Shown one piece after another: positions 35,874-47,722 of a stretch of 64,000 nt of DNA. Position 1 is the stretch's first letter. Each line of letters starts with the position of its first letter. The position numbers were made by a program, and so were the translations under genes. The notes under the pieces are model-generated. The model worked only from the letters and a program-made list of their open reading frames with translations, searched no databases and had not been told where the DNA came from. The DNA comes from a virus (Duplodnaviria > Caudoviricetes), in IMG/VR virus record IMGVR_UViG_3300022602_000027; one strand, 5' to 3'.

Positions 35874-38800
35874 TTATCTTTGTCCGAAGAACATAAGAGC
35901 AACTGGTGCTCCGTCTATTCCGCCGGTAAACGTCATTTTACTAGTTACGTAAATTTGATTACCTGTAGTATTACTTATCGTATTGTTAGCGATATAGATT
36001 TGCCCCGAAGTTAATGTATTTACGTTTAACGAGCTTGATCCGCCACCAATTTGGGCTGTAATATACGATTTAATCGCTTTTTGTGTTGGTACAATATTGT
36101 CACTATTTGCTGTAAAGTACGGGTCTGTACTAAATTGCGTAATAGTTGCTGAGCCTGTACCAACGCTCAAGTTACCCAATGTCAAACTCTGCAATCCGCT
36201 TAGAGCAAAAGCACTAGCGTTCAATGTAGCAGTACCAGTTGACTGTTGAACTCCGAACAAGTTACCAACGTTGAAGTTACCGTCTTGGTCAGTACTTGTA
36301 AAGAACACGCGACCACCACCAGTAGCATATGACTGATTAGCTTGGATAGCATTGCCAGGAACTACGTTAGGATAGTTAGTTTGTGTTTGATTACCTGTAC
36401 CAATATACAAGAAGTCATGTCCAGTTAAACGAACTTGACTGTATTTTAGTCGGGTAGTAATTAAGTTACCGTGCGCTGGTGCTAACAATGTACTTAATGC
36501 TGGATTAATTTGGAAAGTTGCGGTATATGCGCCTGCAACACCTAAAATGTTAGTTACCTGCACTAGTTTATACCATTGTGCGCTACCAGTGATGCTTGCA
36601 AACTGTACGTTTGCACCTGCTGTTGGCAATGCATATAAATTGCTTACGTTAATGAAGCTTGAATTTTGATATATATCGCCATATCCGTCGCCTGCTGTAT
36701 TTGCAGTAGCGGTAGCATTATTCAAACCTCTGTTAGTGAAACTTGGGTTTGCTAACACTCCGTCACTCATACGTACACGAGTTGGTGCTGTAATTACTTT
36801 GTTTGGATCAAACTGTGTTACTATTGCACCTGCTGTGTAAATCATACCAGTTGGACTTGTTGTTGTTAGTGTAACAGGAGTTGTACTACCTGCTGTAGCA
36901 GTAACTTGGAACTGAGTACTTGTAACACTTGATCCGATTACATAGTAAGTTGTGTTAGTTGTTAAACTGCCACTTGCTATACTAAATTCAATTGGTTGAT
37001 TATTAGCTAAACTTGTTGATAAGTTTGTAGTATCATCAGTTGTGATTAAATTAGTACTTGTTGTTGTAGCTGTAACGTTACCTTTAGCAAATCCGCTTCC
37101 TGGTTCAACAAAACGTATTTCAGTAATAGCGTTACTTAAGACTTTCATACGTCCTAATGGAGTTGCGCCAGTACGTATACTTGCTGCCGCTGTACCGCTG
37201 GTGCTACTTACTGCAACCCAAATAGGTTGTACGCCAATTACTGTACTTGATAAATTACTTGGATTACCAAATGCGATTGCACTCCAGTTTGTTGAACTTG
37301 GCATTGTACGTAATGTCCAAACAATTCCATCAGGACTTGTTGCGGCAACGTTACCTTGAGCGATTGCAAAGAATAAACCTTGTGAATAATACACTTTAGT
37401 CCATGTGTATGCAGAACTTAAAACGCTAACGTTTGTTCCTGCACATGCTGGGTTAGCAGTCCATGTTGTACCATAGTTAACTGTATATGCTACTGCTCCA
37501 GTTGTTGCTAATGCAACAAACTTATTATTGCCGTAGGCAATGCTAGTCCAAGTTGTTGAACTTGGAAGTGTGCCACCGGCGCTCCAAGATTGGCCGTTAT
37601 TTGATATACTAGTTACGTTACCACCATTATTAATTGCAATAAATGTTCCAGAAGAGTTACCTCCTGCACCATATGCAACTGCTGAGTAATATCCTGCGCT
37701 TAATGATGTTAGAGTTCTTGAAATCCAGTTGCTTGCGGCAATTGGGTTTGAACTTGATGCCGCTGTAGCTGTTCCGCTTGCGCCACCAACTGCTACATAA
37801 ACACCATTACCGTAAGCTAAACCATACAAGTTTAGTACAGAAATATAAGCTGTGCCTCCAAGTGCAGTCCATGATGATCCTAAAGTAGACACAATGTTAT
37901 AAGCAAAATAAGTACCAGTTGATGCTGTTGTACTCATTGCTAAGAATAATGCACTTGTGTCTAAAATAGTAATGCTTGGCACACTTGTATAACCATAACC
38001 ATAGTTGGTTACGTTCAATGAAGTTACTGCACCATTACTATAGTTAGGCGTTGCACTTGCTTGAGTAGCAACATAGGTAAATGTAGCTGTACCATTTGTT
38101 ACGTTTGTATATCCTGTAGAAGTTGTGTAATCAAATGTAGGAGTAGTACTACTTGTAGTACCGCTAGCCGTACATAAATAAATTCTTCCACTGGCCGCTA
38201 CCTGATAATAAGTACCGTTAGTAACTGCACCACTTACTGGATATGCTGTAGGTGTTAAACTCTGTGGTTGGCTAAATGTTACTGTAGGAGCACTAAAGTA
38301 ATTTTTACCCCATGCATTCATAGTCGCACTAGAAAGAATACTTGTAACCGCAGTAACAGTTGGAGCACTTGTGTATCCAGAACCGTTAATTGTCATAGTT
38401 ACTGTTTGGATAGCTCCGTTTAAAACAGTACATGTTGCAGTTGCGCCCGAACCTCCGCCGCCAACAAATACGATTGTTGGAGGTGTTGTATAGTTATATC
38501 CGCCGTTAACAACGGTTACACTAACAATCTGTGTTGCACTAGTACCAGTTCCGACCACTGCTGTTAGAACTGCGCCAGCACCACCAAAACCACCAATAAC
38601 TGCTGTAGCTGTAGCGCCTTGGCCACCGCCGTATACAACGTTACTCCATGATTGACTGCTTGGTAATGCGCCACCTGAACTCCATGATGTGCCATTTGTT
38701 GAATAGCTAGTTGCTGTACCGGTGTTAGCTACTGCTACAAAACGTCCTGCACCATAAGCAAGTGATCCATATGTACCACTTGTAATTGTTCTACTAGTAG

Positions 38801-41800
38801 CTGTATAACCAGGAGCACTATAACTAATGCGTGGCTCAATAATATAAGCAGATGTTAAATCTAATGACGAAGCTATTGCTGTTCCAGGAACAACATGATC
38901 CCATCCGCCAACATAAACTGCTGTACCAATTGTACCAGTTGAGCTGGCACTACCAGTAGCTGTAATAGTAACTGTTGTACCAGCAAACGGTGTTGTACTT
39001 ACTGCAAATGAACTTGTTGTTAAGTTAGTTGCGTTTACAAAATATGTTGTACTAGTATCAACTCCATTAAATGCTGTACCAAACGAAATAGTTTGTCCAG
39101 CTGTTAATGTGTTAGTTGCTGTGATTAAATTATTAACTGTTGACGATGCTGTTACAGTTACAGTTGTAACTGTAGTTGTAGTTACAGCGGCAATGTTAGC
39201 ATTGCTAGCTGTAATAGTTGCACCTGTAGCTAATGTAAATGCACTAGCTGTTACACCTTGTACATAATATGCAGTTAACGCAGACAATCCGCCAACGGCT
39301 GTGCCTAAGAATATTGGCATACCATTGTACATGTTAGCTGTACTTGATACTGTTAATGTATTTTGTGTACCAGTAATTGTTGTACTAGATTGTACAACAG
39401 TTGTGTTTGTTTGCCAAGTTGATCCTGCACCAGAACCACTAATGTTAGCAGTAATGTAAACACCTGCGGCAATTGTACCACCTGTCAAGAACATACCTAC
39501 TGCAATAGTACCAGTTACTGTACCAACAGTTAATACACCACTGCTGTTAATAGAGCTAGTTGACATAGTAGCAGTAGCATTAGTTGTAGCTGTAACTGCA
39601 AATGGTGCAATACTATCGCGAATTACTAGGGCAACTTTAGTAGGATTTGAATATGATAAAATATTAGCATATTGACCTACACCTGTACCTGCAACAATTT
39701 GAACTCTATCTCCATTATAAGCATTAGTTAATGCTGTATCTGTGGCTGCAATAGTAATAGAATAGTTGTTGCTAGTTGATTGTCCAACGTTAGTTGCAGT
39801 AACATAGTTACTACCACCTGTTCCGTTACCATTGTTTAAGTCAATTAGACGTGTTTCAAATAATGCCGCATCACGGAATTCGTCTTGGAAGGCTGCCGCG
39901 TTATAACCTGATCCGCTAATACTTGGAACGCTACTTGTATAGTTAGTACCAGCATTTTGATATTCAAAACGCAATACTTGGTTAGTAGCATCAGTTACAA
40001 CGTTTGTAATTTGTGCTGGGTTAGCACGATTGTTTAATGTACCATATAATGGAACTTCTGTTGTATCAACACCCTCGGCAACAACACCGTATGTACCATA
40101 TGATGAGTTACCGTTAGTAGCACGGATACGTCCACCTAAATCTGCTAGGTAACCTGCATAACTGTAGTAGTTAAACACTGAAACAAGTTCTGATAATGAT
40201 CCTGCACCAGTTGTTTGCCAGCCAATACCGTCACCAATAATACATGTGTAGTCGTTACTAACCATTGAGTGATAACCGCCAGCGTGTAATGCTCCGTCAA
40301 CCTTAGCACCATAACATGCATAGCCAAACATTGTACAGTTTTGTACATAGCAACTACGTGAATAAATCCATGCGTTGCTATCGTTAGGTCCAAATCCTGG
40401 ATCAAGACTTGTATATGCGCCGCCAGTTGGACGTTTAGTTCCAAACGTTGTACTTGCTGTACCTAAGTAACCTGTTAATCCATTCATAGTCATGTTGCGA
40501 ACGCCACATGCATTACGAACTAGCCACATGTTACTTTGTGCTGAACCGTTTACACTATTCAATAAAACTTGTGCATAGCGTAAACTTCTGTAGTTACCTG
40601 TATATTGTAAATCATAAACAATAGCATTTAGATAATAACCAATATCTTGCTGAGTTGCAGCCACTGGATAATAGTAAACTGCGTTCATTGCAGGAGTTGA
40701 TACAGTTGTTAATGCAACAGTAGCACCAGTTGCTCCTGTATTAATATTAGTAAATCCTTCGCTAGTTGTTACTGTAAATGTTGTTGTGCTTGGAACTGAG
40801 GCAACATAGTATGTTGTTCCTGCTGTTAATCCACCTGATACAAATCCAGTATAACTAACAGAGCTACTTGTACTTGCAACTGTTCCTGGATTGAATACTG
40901 CACCACCTACACTAGTTGCAGATACTGTAATTGCTCCAGCACTTGCTGTTAACACATAGTAAACTGTACCAGCAACAATGTTACCAAAACTAGTACCAAA
41001 TATAACACTACCATTAGGAACAATTCCTGTAATAGAGTTAACTGTAATTGTATTACCAGTACTAGTCGATGCTGTTGCAGTTGTTGATGCTGTTGTTGCT
41101 ACAAATTGTACAGGATCATTAACAACAAATCCATGTGCTGTACCTGTTGTAATTATATTTGTACTTGTAGTAGTTGAACTAACATTATATGTATACTGTG
41201 ATGCATAATAAGCAGTAACTTCAGATTGTAAGAATGGAATATTAGCACGTAATATTTCAGCACCTGCAATAATACCTAAATTATTATTATAAGTTATAGT
41301 ACCATTCATCTGCGGTTGAATATACTGACTTGTACCAACATAACTAATAATTGTATTAATATTGTTAGTTGCTGTAGTTAATTGAGTAAGATATGTTGAA
41401 CTGCTTAATGTATTTGCCACTAGTGTTTGCAAATAATTCAATGCCGCTACAGTTACAGTTAATTCGTAACCTTGTACTTTGTAATCTTGTACACGATTAT
41501 AAGCACGACCTGCTTGTACAGTAGCATAATTACTACCTAATAATGTATCAAGGAACATGGCTAACGTTACGTTGAACACGTCACGTTGTGTGTATGATTG
41601 CAAATATGTAAATGCAGTATAGTTTGTATTGATGTAGTTAACAACACTTGTTTGATATGTTGATACACTAGAACTTACTGAACTCCAAGCCGCTAATGCT
41701 GTTGAACTAGCGTTTGTTAGTTGTGGCATACCAATAGTTTGAACAACAATTGACAAACTTGTACCGTTGGTAAATGAAGTTAATGCACTTCCGTTATAAC

Positions 41801-44800
41801 TTGCTGATAATGTAAATGTTGTTGTACTACCTACGCTTTGAACAAAGTAAGGTGTTCCAGAACCAATAATAGTTGATACTAAACCGTTAGTAGTTGTTTG
41901 TGGAATAATAATATCACCTACGCTTAACCCGTGAGCCGCACTGGTTGTAAATGTTGTACCACTAGCGATAGTTGTAATTGTAACTGTTTGCGCACCATTA
42001 GTTAAACCATTAGTGATAAAGTTAGTAACATAACCAATCAACGTATTCATACGTCCAGCATCACGTGAGCTACCTGCTACAGTGCTAGATGTTGGTAATA
42101 CTTGAGTTACGGTTGATTGTAATGAGCTACCATAACTTGTACCTGTAATAACATATGAACCTAGTAATGTTCCAACATATCCAACAGTTGCCGCAAAGGC
42201 TGCGCCAAAGCCTGATGATATTTCAGTGCCATATAGTGCTGAGTAATAACTCATTCCTGCGTTAGCACTCGCCCATGAGCCGCCGTAAGCCATATCATAG
42301 TGGATAGCATCTAAAATGTATCCCATATCGCGTTGAGCTTTTGCAAGACTATAGTTAGGATTAGTTAATAATGAACTATAGTTAGTGTTAAAGTAAGCAA
42401 CACTTTCAGCAATTAAATATGCACGGTTAGCTTCTAACATACCAATAGCAGTACCTGGATCAGATACTGTTACATATTGTACACCACCAGCACTTACTTG
42501 TGTTACGTTAAGAACAATATCATTGGTTGACGATACTCCTCCAATACTTGCTCCGCTAATACGTAGTCGACTACTTGTAGTATAACCAGTACCTGCTGTA
42601 GTTGGAACTACTGTATAAGCATAATATCCGTTACCGTTTGATAAACGTGTAATTGTAAATGCCGCTGTACCATCACCACCACCTGTTACACTTAACGCTG
42701 TCACGTTTGTATATGTAGCTTGCGGTAATGCTAATTGTGGCCATGTAATTTGTGCCGGGGCCGCTGGACCGCCTTGTAAGTATGATGTTAAATCATCAAT
42801 AGTAGTCTGAATTTGTGCAACAGCGCCACTTGCCGCAATTTGTTTCATTTTGTAATACATGAAATTAATTGCACTCAATGTTGGTGGTAGTTCACCACTG
42901 CTTGTTGAACGTAAATTTGTAGCACTTGTATTAGCACGATTAAATGCTCGAGCAATTTGAATAGCATTAAAGTTGCTACCGTACACCATGTCATATGCCA
43001 TGTAAGTTGCAATTAATGTAGCATCACGATTAATTAAACTTGGATTTGCGTATGTCACTGCTTGATAATACTTGTAAACCCATCCTTGTGCATCACTTGC
43101 AATGTTACTGATTAATGGTGTTACTGTGTTAAAGGCTGTTTGTAATGAAACTGATTGTGCTCCAATGTATGGCAATACTTGAGTATCGGGTGATGTTGGA
43201 TTATTAATATAATTAATAACGTTCTGAATACGATCGCCTGCAAAGTTAGAGGCTGCTACGCCACCATCACCGCCTACTGTGACTTGTACAACGTTATTAC
43301 CCGATGTTGCGCTAAAACCTGTTCCTCGTGCAACTGTAATGATTGCCGCTCTTAAGCGAGTTAGTGCGGCTGTATACGCGGCTGTTTGTGCCGCAGTAAT
43401 TTGTAAAATATTTAACGAATAATAAGCCGCACCTGCAATTAAACTTTGTGTGTTACCACCATAAGTTAAATCATATAGTACGCTGTCTAAAATGTAAGTA
43501 ATATCACGAACACCCAATCCGTATTGTGTTGCATTACTTGTAGTAAATCCAGATGTTCCTGGGTTGTTAGCCAAATATTGTAGAGTTTCTGTAATTAAGA
43601 AATTATAATTTTGTTGGATTTGTGTAAATGCAGTTGCATAACCAGTAGTAGTACCAGTTGGATTACTGCCAGAAGTTGTTGCATAGGCTGTGTTAGTTAT
43701 ACTACCTGCACTATAACCTGTTGGTTGTGGCAATTGAATTACAGGAGTACTGCTTAAACCTGTAGCAACTAATTCGTAAAGAATGTTAAAACTACTTTGT
43801 AAGTTAGTAATAGCAGTTGAGCTACCTGTAGTTGCCGCAGGTAAACTTGTAACTTGTGGTGTTGTATTGCCAGTAGTTGGAGTAATTGATGTATTACTCA
43901 TCAATTGTGGCACTAAAGTTTTAATTCTGTTTAGTGCAACCACTGCCTTAGGTACAACTGTAGCTAATGTTACATCAGCTGGGTATGGTTGTACAACTGT
44001 TGATCGTAATTCGTCTCCAAGCAATGCTGTATACGCAGGCACATTGATTGGAAGAATTTCATTATATGTACCAGTTTTAATACTAATTGTAGTAGCAGGA
44101 GTAACTACTGCTGGTAAAATATTATTAGTTGTACCAGCATTTAAACATGCAGTCAAATAGCCAACAAGTGTTTGTGCTTTTGATTGTGCGCCAGACTCAA
44201 CAGTGTAGTTTGTATTAATTTGTTGAATTGCTTTGGTTGTTTGTACAGTACCAGCTATAGTTTGTCCGCCAGATGTTGAACTTGCAAAACTTACACTTCC
44301 TGAACTGCTAGCAGTAACTTGCCATGTACCGTTATAACCAGTTGGTGTCATTCCAGCAATAGTTATATAACTACCAACTGTGAATGCCGCGCCTGTGTAT
44401 GTTACAGTAGCAACTGTGCCCGTGCCACTTGCACCGGTTGTTGCGATTGCTGGATTTAATGTTAATTGATAGTTAGTACTAGGAGCAGTATTACCTAATA
44501 TTGCTGGAATTAATGTTCCTGACAAATAGTTTAAACTTGAAACAAATGGAGTAATATCATAAGCATTAACACCTGAGATATAAGTTGAACCATTTGATGT
44601 AAAGAATGACTGTATATTAGTAGTAGTTTGATATGTACCGTTATGGGTAATATCGTAAATTAAACCTTGAATTACTAAACCACTATCTCTTTCTGCTTTA
44701 CTTTGAACATATGAGTATGTACCAACGTTAGCTGTACCTGTACCAACTGTAAATAATGTTGGAACTAAGGCAAGAGCGTAACTTGTTGCAATTGAGAATG

Positions 44801-47672
44801 TTGTGCCTGAAAGTATTTGAGCAACATAGTATGTTGTACCTGCAACAATATTACCTGAACTTGTTGTGAATACAATTGGCATTCCAACATACATGTTGTT
44901 AGTAGTTGTTTGCGCAACTGTGCTTGTTCCGCCAACTGTAATTACAGTAGTTGCTGTACCAGTTACGTTAAAACTGTATTGGTAATAAATGAAGTTATTT
45001 ACTTCCTTCATCATGAATTGCTTATTAGCAGTCATTAAGAATTTAGTATTAGGATTTAAATAACCGTCTTCAACTTGTTGACAAGCATAACGAATACTTG
45101 CCCATGGTTTATCAACTGTAGTACCTTGACCATTACCTGTTGCGTCTACACCGTTTGTTGCAACAAAAACTAAGTTTTGAATTTGTCCATAATATTGCCA
45201 TGAAGGGCTAGTTCCGTTTACACGTAAAACTTGTCCGTCTGTACCGATTGGTAAACGGGTTGGGCCATTGGCTCCGTAATAGAACATGTCACCTTGTGTA
45301 GTAAGAACAGCTTGTTCTGTACCAGATGCCATTAAGTTCCAATATGTACCAGTTGTGTCGTTATCTGGGCGATTACCTGTGGCACCAACGTGTGCTAATG
45401 TACAAATATAAGTACTTACACCCCATAACACAGTATCACCAAGTACATAAGATGTGCCTGATGCCCATGTTACTGAGATACCAGTCCAACTAACACCACC
45501 TGCTTGGATAACACCGCCTGTTACAGTATTAACTGTAATAATTAAATCGTTAGCTGGGCTAACACCACCTAATGCTGTGCCAAGAACTTTAATAGTATTT
45601 GATGCGGCATAACCAGTACCGCCACCTGTTACGGTAACAGTATATGTTGTATTTTTTGCTAAAACAGTAAAGGTTGCACCTGTACCTGTACCAATAATAT
45701 TAGTTGTTGCAGGACTTGTGTATGTATTATAACTAGGATTCCATTTAACACCAGAATTTAACTGTGCCCAATATGTTGAGAATGGAGGTTTAGGATTAGT
45801 TGTACCAACTGAAGATCCGCTAGCTGTTGTTAATGTAACAGGAGCTCCGCCAACTGTTGTACTTACAGTAAATGTTAATCCGCCTGTTGGGATAGTTAAC
45901 ACATAGTACTGTTGTGTTGTTGATAGTCCACCTAGTGCTGTTCCAAACGTAATTGGTAATCCAGTCACTAAGTTTAGTGTTGATGAAACAGTAATTAAAT
46001 TGTTTACACCAGTAATTGTTTGATTAACAATAGCTGTTCCGCTATAATTTGTTTGCCATGTTGTACCGCTACCACCAGTAATCCAATATGTATTAGCTGT
46101 TAAACCGCCGCCGCTTAAGAACATACCGATAGCTACTGTACCAGTTACTGTTCCGCCAATAGTTAATACACCAATGTTGCTAATAGTTGTATTAGCCATT
46201 GTTGCTGTAGAGTTAGTAGTTGCTGTTGCTGTAACAGTTTGAACAGCATTATCTGCCACTGCTAGATATGTATATCCGTCAACACTAACAACATCACCAA
46301 TTCTATAACCAGTTTGTCCTGATTGTAATCCAGTTGGACTTGCTGACCATGCACCGGCATAAGTTAATCCAGTAGTAAATGGTTGCCAGTAACTTGTTGC
46401 TGTACTAGGATTTTGTCCAGAATTGTTTTGTAGCGCAACGTATGTGTAACCACCGTAGCTTACTACGTCACCTTGTACGTAACTGGTTGCATTTGCCCAT
46501 GAGTTTTGATATTCAAAACCGCCAACAAATAAACTAAAGTTTGCTGAGGCAAATGATGCGCTTGATGTATGAGCAGTTGTACAAATCCAAAGACTTGCAC
46601 CATAAGTTACAATATCATTTACACGATATCGAACACTTGAACCACTCCATGTTCCTTGATAGTATACACCTGCATTAAATGTACTCCATGAGCTTTGATT
46701 AGCTTCTAACCCTAATGTTAGTGTGTTAGCAGATACGTGTGGAGTATTACACACATAAGTATAGCCACCATAACTAACTAAATCATTTAATTTGTAACGA
46801 GTGTTAATAGTCCAAGCGCCAATCCAGTTAATGTTGCTTGAGTATGCTACCCAGTATTCAATAGCAAATGTTAAACCTACAGCAGTACCAGCAGTTGTTG
46901 TGATAGCTGGACCGCCTTGAGTTGCGCTTAAAGTAAATCCTGTGCTTAACCCGTTAGTAGCAATAATATAATATGTACCGTTAGCTACTACTCCAGAACC
47001 TGTGTTTGTACCAGAAATTACAACTGCCATTCCAACGTTTAATGTAGTTGATGAACAGGTAAATGTTCCATTAGCACCAATTGCAGGACTGCTAATTGCA
47101 TTATTCTGACTGTTTTCTAAACCTAACTGGCTTGCACCTGCGACTGTACCGAATACAGTTGCAGTTAATGTTTGAGCTAATGCATAACTTACAGTTGTAG
47201 TTGTACATGCTGTAACTGTGAATGTTCCGTTGAATGCTGTTTGTGCTGAAAATCCAGCAACTGTAATACTTGCACCAACTAGGTAAGGTTGAACAACTTG
47301 TTGAGCAAATGTAATAGTTGCTGTTGAGCCGTTAGCAGTTGCGGCAGATGCAGTTAGAGTAGCTGTGGCGCTAGTACTAGTATGTGCTGTTTCGCACTGA
47401 TAGATAATACCACCATATAAGGCTAAATCGCCAATGTTATATGCTGTAGCATTTAACCATGTACCTCTCCATTGTGATCCGTCTGCAATTAAATTCCATA
47501 AAGTTGGATTAGCAGTTAAATCAGTTGAAAAAGAAGAAGATGCTGAATTAGAAATTACGCAAATATATGTTTTTCCGCCAACTGTTACTATATCGTCGAC
47601 TACATATGATCCGCCTGCTGTCCAAACACCTTGGTATACGGGTTTAATTCTACCTAATTTATATTGCGCCAT
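35874..47672 (-). CDS. Giant virion-associated adhesin/depolymerase-like protein (3932 aa)
   Basis: Seven N-terminal W..xY..GDxVxYGGxxYxC repeats (CBM5/12-like), pectin-lyase-like beta-helix motifs (KPWASIRYA, KTGTY.E.LP, GDELR, RNMT), YGxGxFVA propeller-like repeats, C-terminus shared with 47723-56404; TAAATA at 47700-47695 and SD. Confidence 0.8.
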   Translation of the reverse strand: MAQYKLGRIKPVYQGVWTAGGSYVVDDIVTVGGKTYICVISNSASSSFSTDLTANPTLWNLIADGSQWRGTWLNATAYNIGDLALYGGIIYQCETAHTSTSATATLTASAATANGSTATITFAQQVVQPYLVGASITVAGFSAQTAFNGTFTVTACTTTTVSYALAQTLTATVFGTVAGASQLGLENSQNNAISSPAIGANGTFTCSSTTLNVGMAVVISGTNTGSGVVANGTYYIIATNGLSTGFTLSATQGGPAITTTAGTAVGLTFAIEYWVAYSSNINWIGAWTINTRYKLNDLVSYGGYTYVCNTPHVSANTLTLGLEANQSSWSTFNAGVYYQGTWSGSSVRYRVNDIVTYGASLWICTTAHTSSASFASANFSLFVGGFEYQNSWANATSYVQGDVVSYGGYTYVALQNNSGQNPSTATSYWQPFTTGLTYAGAWSASPTGLQSGQTGYRIGDVVSVDGYTYLAVADNAVQTVTATATTNSTATMANTTISNIGVLTIGGTVTGTVAIGMFLSGGGLTANTYWITGGSGTTWQTNYSGTAIVNQTITGVNNLITVSSTLNLVTGLPITFGTALGGLSTTQQYYVLTIPTGGLTFTVSTTVGGAPVTLTTASGSSVGTTNPKPPFSTYWAQLNSGVKWNPSYNTYTSPATTNIIGTGTGATFTVLAKNTTYTVTVTGGGTGYAASNTIKVLGTALGGVSPANDLIITVNTVTGGVIQAGGVSWTGISVTWASGTSYVLGDTVLWGVSTYICTLAHVGATGNRPDNDTTGTYWNLMASGTEQAVLTTQGDMFYYGANGPTRLPIGTDGQVLRVNGTSPSWQYYGQIQNLVFVATNGVDATGNGQGTTVDKPWASIRYACQQVEDGYLNPNTKFLMTANKQFMMKEVNNFIYYQYSFNVTGTATTVITVGGTSTVAQTTTNNMYVGMPIVFTTSSGNIVAGTTYYVAQILSGTTFSIATSYALALVPTLFTVGTGTANVGTYSYVQSKAERDSGLVIQGLIYDITHNGTYQTTTNIQSFFTSNGSTYISGVNAYDITPFVSSLNYLSGTLIPAILGNTAPSTNYQLTLNPAIATTGASGTGTVATVTYTGAAFTVGSYITIAGMTPTGYNGTWQVTASSSGSVSFASSTSGGQTIAGTVQTTKAIQQINTNYTVESGAQSKAQTLVGYLTACLNAGTTNNILPAVVTPATTISIKTGTYNEILPINVPAYTALLGDELRSTVVQPYPADVTLATVVPKAVVALNRIKTLVPQLMSNTSITPTTGNTTPQVTSLPAATTGSSTAITNLQSSFNILYELVATGLSSTPVIQLPQPTGYSAGSITNTAYATTSGSNPTGTTTGYATAFTQIQQNYNFLITETLQYLANNPGTSGFTTSNATQYGLGVRDITYILDSVLYDLTYGGNTQSLIAGAAYYSLNILQITAAQTAAYTAALTRLRAAIITVARGTGFSATSGNNVVQVTVGGDGGVAASNFAGDRIQNVINYINNPTSPDTQVLPYIGAQSVSLQTAFNTVTPLISNIASDAQGWVYKYYQAVTYANPSLINRDATLIATYMAYDMVYGSNFNAIQIARAFNRANTSATNLRSTSSGELPPTLSAINFMYYKMKQIAASGAVAQIQTTIDDLTSYLQGGPAAPAQITWPQLALPQATYTNVTALSVTGGGDGTAAFTITRLSNGNGYYAYTVVPTTAGTGYTTSSRLRISGASIGGVSSTNDIVLNVTQVSAGGVQYVTVSDPGTAIGMLEANRAYLIAESVAYFNTNYSSLLTNPNYSLAKAQRDMGYILDAIHYDMAYGGSWASANAGMSYYSALYGTEISSGFGAAFAATVGYVGTLLGSYVITGTSYGSSLQSTVTQVLPTSSTVAGSSRDAGRMNTLIGYVTNFITNGLTNGAQTVTITTIASGTTFTTSAAHGLSVGDIIIPQTTTNGLVSTIIGSGTPYFVQSVGSTTTFTLSASYNGSALTSFTNGTSLSIVVQTIGMPQLTNASSTALAAWSSVSSSVSTYQTSVVNYINTNYTAFTYLQSYTQRDVFNVTLAMFLDTLLGSNYATVQAGRAYNRVQDYKVQGYELTVTVAALNYLQTLVANTLSSSTYLTQLTTATNNINTIISYVGTSQYIQPQMNGTITYNNNLGIIAGAEILRANIPFLQSEVTAYYASQYTYNVSSTTTSTNIITTGTAHGFVVNDPVQFVATTASTTATASTSTGNTITVNSITGIVPNGSVIFGTSFGNIVAGTVYYVLTASAGAITVSATSVGGAVFNPGTVASTSSSVSYTGFVSGGLTAGTTYYVASVPSTTTFTVTTSEGFTNINTGATGATVALTTVSTPAMNAVYYYPVAATQQDIGYYLNAIVYDLQYTGNYRSLRYAQVLLNSVNGSAQSNMWLVRNACGVRNMTMNGLTGYLGTASTTFGTKRPTGGAYTSLDPGFGPNDSNAWIYSRSCYVQNCTMFGYACYGAKVDGALHAGGYHSMVSNDYTCIIGDGIGWQTTGAGSLSELVSVFNYYSYAGYLADLGGRIRATNGNSSYGTYGVVAEGVDTTEVPLYGTLNNRANPAQITNVVTDATNQVLRFEYQNAGTNYTSSVPSISGSGYNAAAFQDEFRDAALFETRLIDLNNGNGTGGSNYVTATNVGQSTSNNYSITIAATDTALTNAYNGDRVQIVAGTGVGQYANILSYSNPTKVALVIRDSIAPFAVTATTNATATMSTSSINSSGVLTVGTVTGTIAVGMFLTGGTIAAGVYITANISGSGAGSTWQTNTTVVQSSTTITGTQNTLTVSSTANMYNGMPIFLGTAVGGLSALTAYYVQGVTASAFTLATGATITASNANIAAVTTTTVTTVTVTASSTVNNLITATNTLTAGQTISFGTAFNGVDTSTTYFVNATNLTTSSFAVSTTPFAGTTVTITATGSASSTGTIGTAVYVGGWDHVVPGTAIASSLDLTSAYIIEPRISYSAPGYTATSRTITSGTYGSLAYGAGRFVAVANTGTATSYSTNGTSWSSGGALPSSQSWSNVVYGGGQGATATAVIGGFGGAGAVLTAVVGTGTSATQIVSVTVVNGGYNYTTPPTIVFVGGGGSGATATCTVLNGAIQTVTMTINGSGYTSAPTVTAVTSILSSATMNAWGKNYFSAPTVTFSQPQSLTPTAYPVSGAVTNGTYYQVAASGRIYLCTASGTTSSTTPTFDYTTSTGYTNVTNGTATFTYVATQASATPNYSNGAVTSLNVTNYGYGYTSVPSITILDTSALFLAMSTTASTGTYFAYNIVSTLGSSWTALGGTAYISVLNLYGLAYGNGVYVAVGGASGTATAASSSNPIAASNWISRTLTSLSAGYYSAVAYGAGGNSSGTFIAINNGGNVTSISNNGQSWSAGGTLPSSTTWTSIAYGNNKFVALATTGAVAYTVNYGTTWTANPACAGTNVSVLSSAYTWTKVYYSQGLFFAIAQGNVAATSPDGIVWTLRTMPSSTNWSAIAFGNPSNLSSTVIGVQPIWVAVSSTSGTAAASIRTGATPLGRMKVLSNAITEIRFVEPGSGFAKGNVTATTTSTNLITTDDTTNLSTSLANNQPIEFSIASGSLTTNTTYYVIGSSVTSTQFQVTATAGSTTPVTLTTTSPTGMIYTAGAIVTQFDPNKVITAPTRVRMSDGVLANPSFTNRGLNNATATANTAGDGYGDIYQNSSFINVSNLYALPTAGANVQFASITGSAQWYKLVQVTNILGVAGAYTATFQINPALSTLLAPAHGNLITTRLKYSQVRLTGHDFLYIGTGNQTQTNYPNVVPGNAIQANQSYATGGGRVFFTSTDQDGNFNVGNLFGVQQSTGTATLNASAFALSGLQSLTLGNLSVGTGSATITQFSTDPYFTANSDNIVPTQKAIKSYITAQIGGGSSSLNVNTLTSGQIYIANNTISNTTGNQIYVTSKMTFTGGIDGAPVALMFFGQR

Positions 47673-47722
47673 GTTATTTTATTCCTCTTGATAATATTTA
47701 TCAATTTCAGTTTTTACAATTT

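Noticed and set aside
39100-39260. Ice-binding or ice-nucleation function for TxT-rich tracts in the giant protein
   Set aside because: The Thr periodicity is short and irregular, without the long regular tandem repeats of ice-active proteins; it is explained by general Thr-rich beta structure
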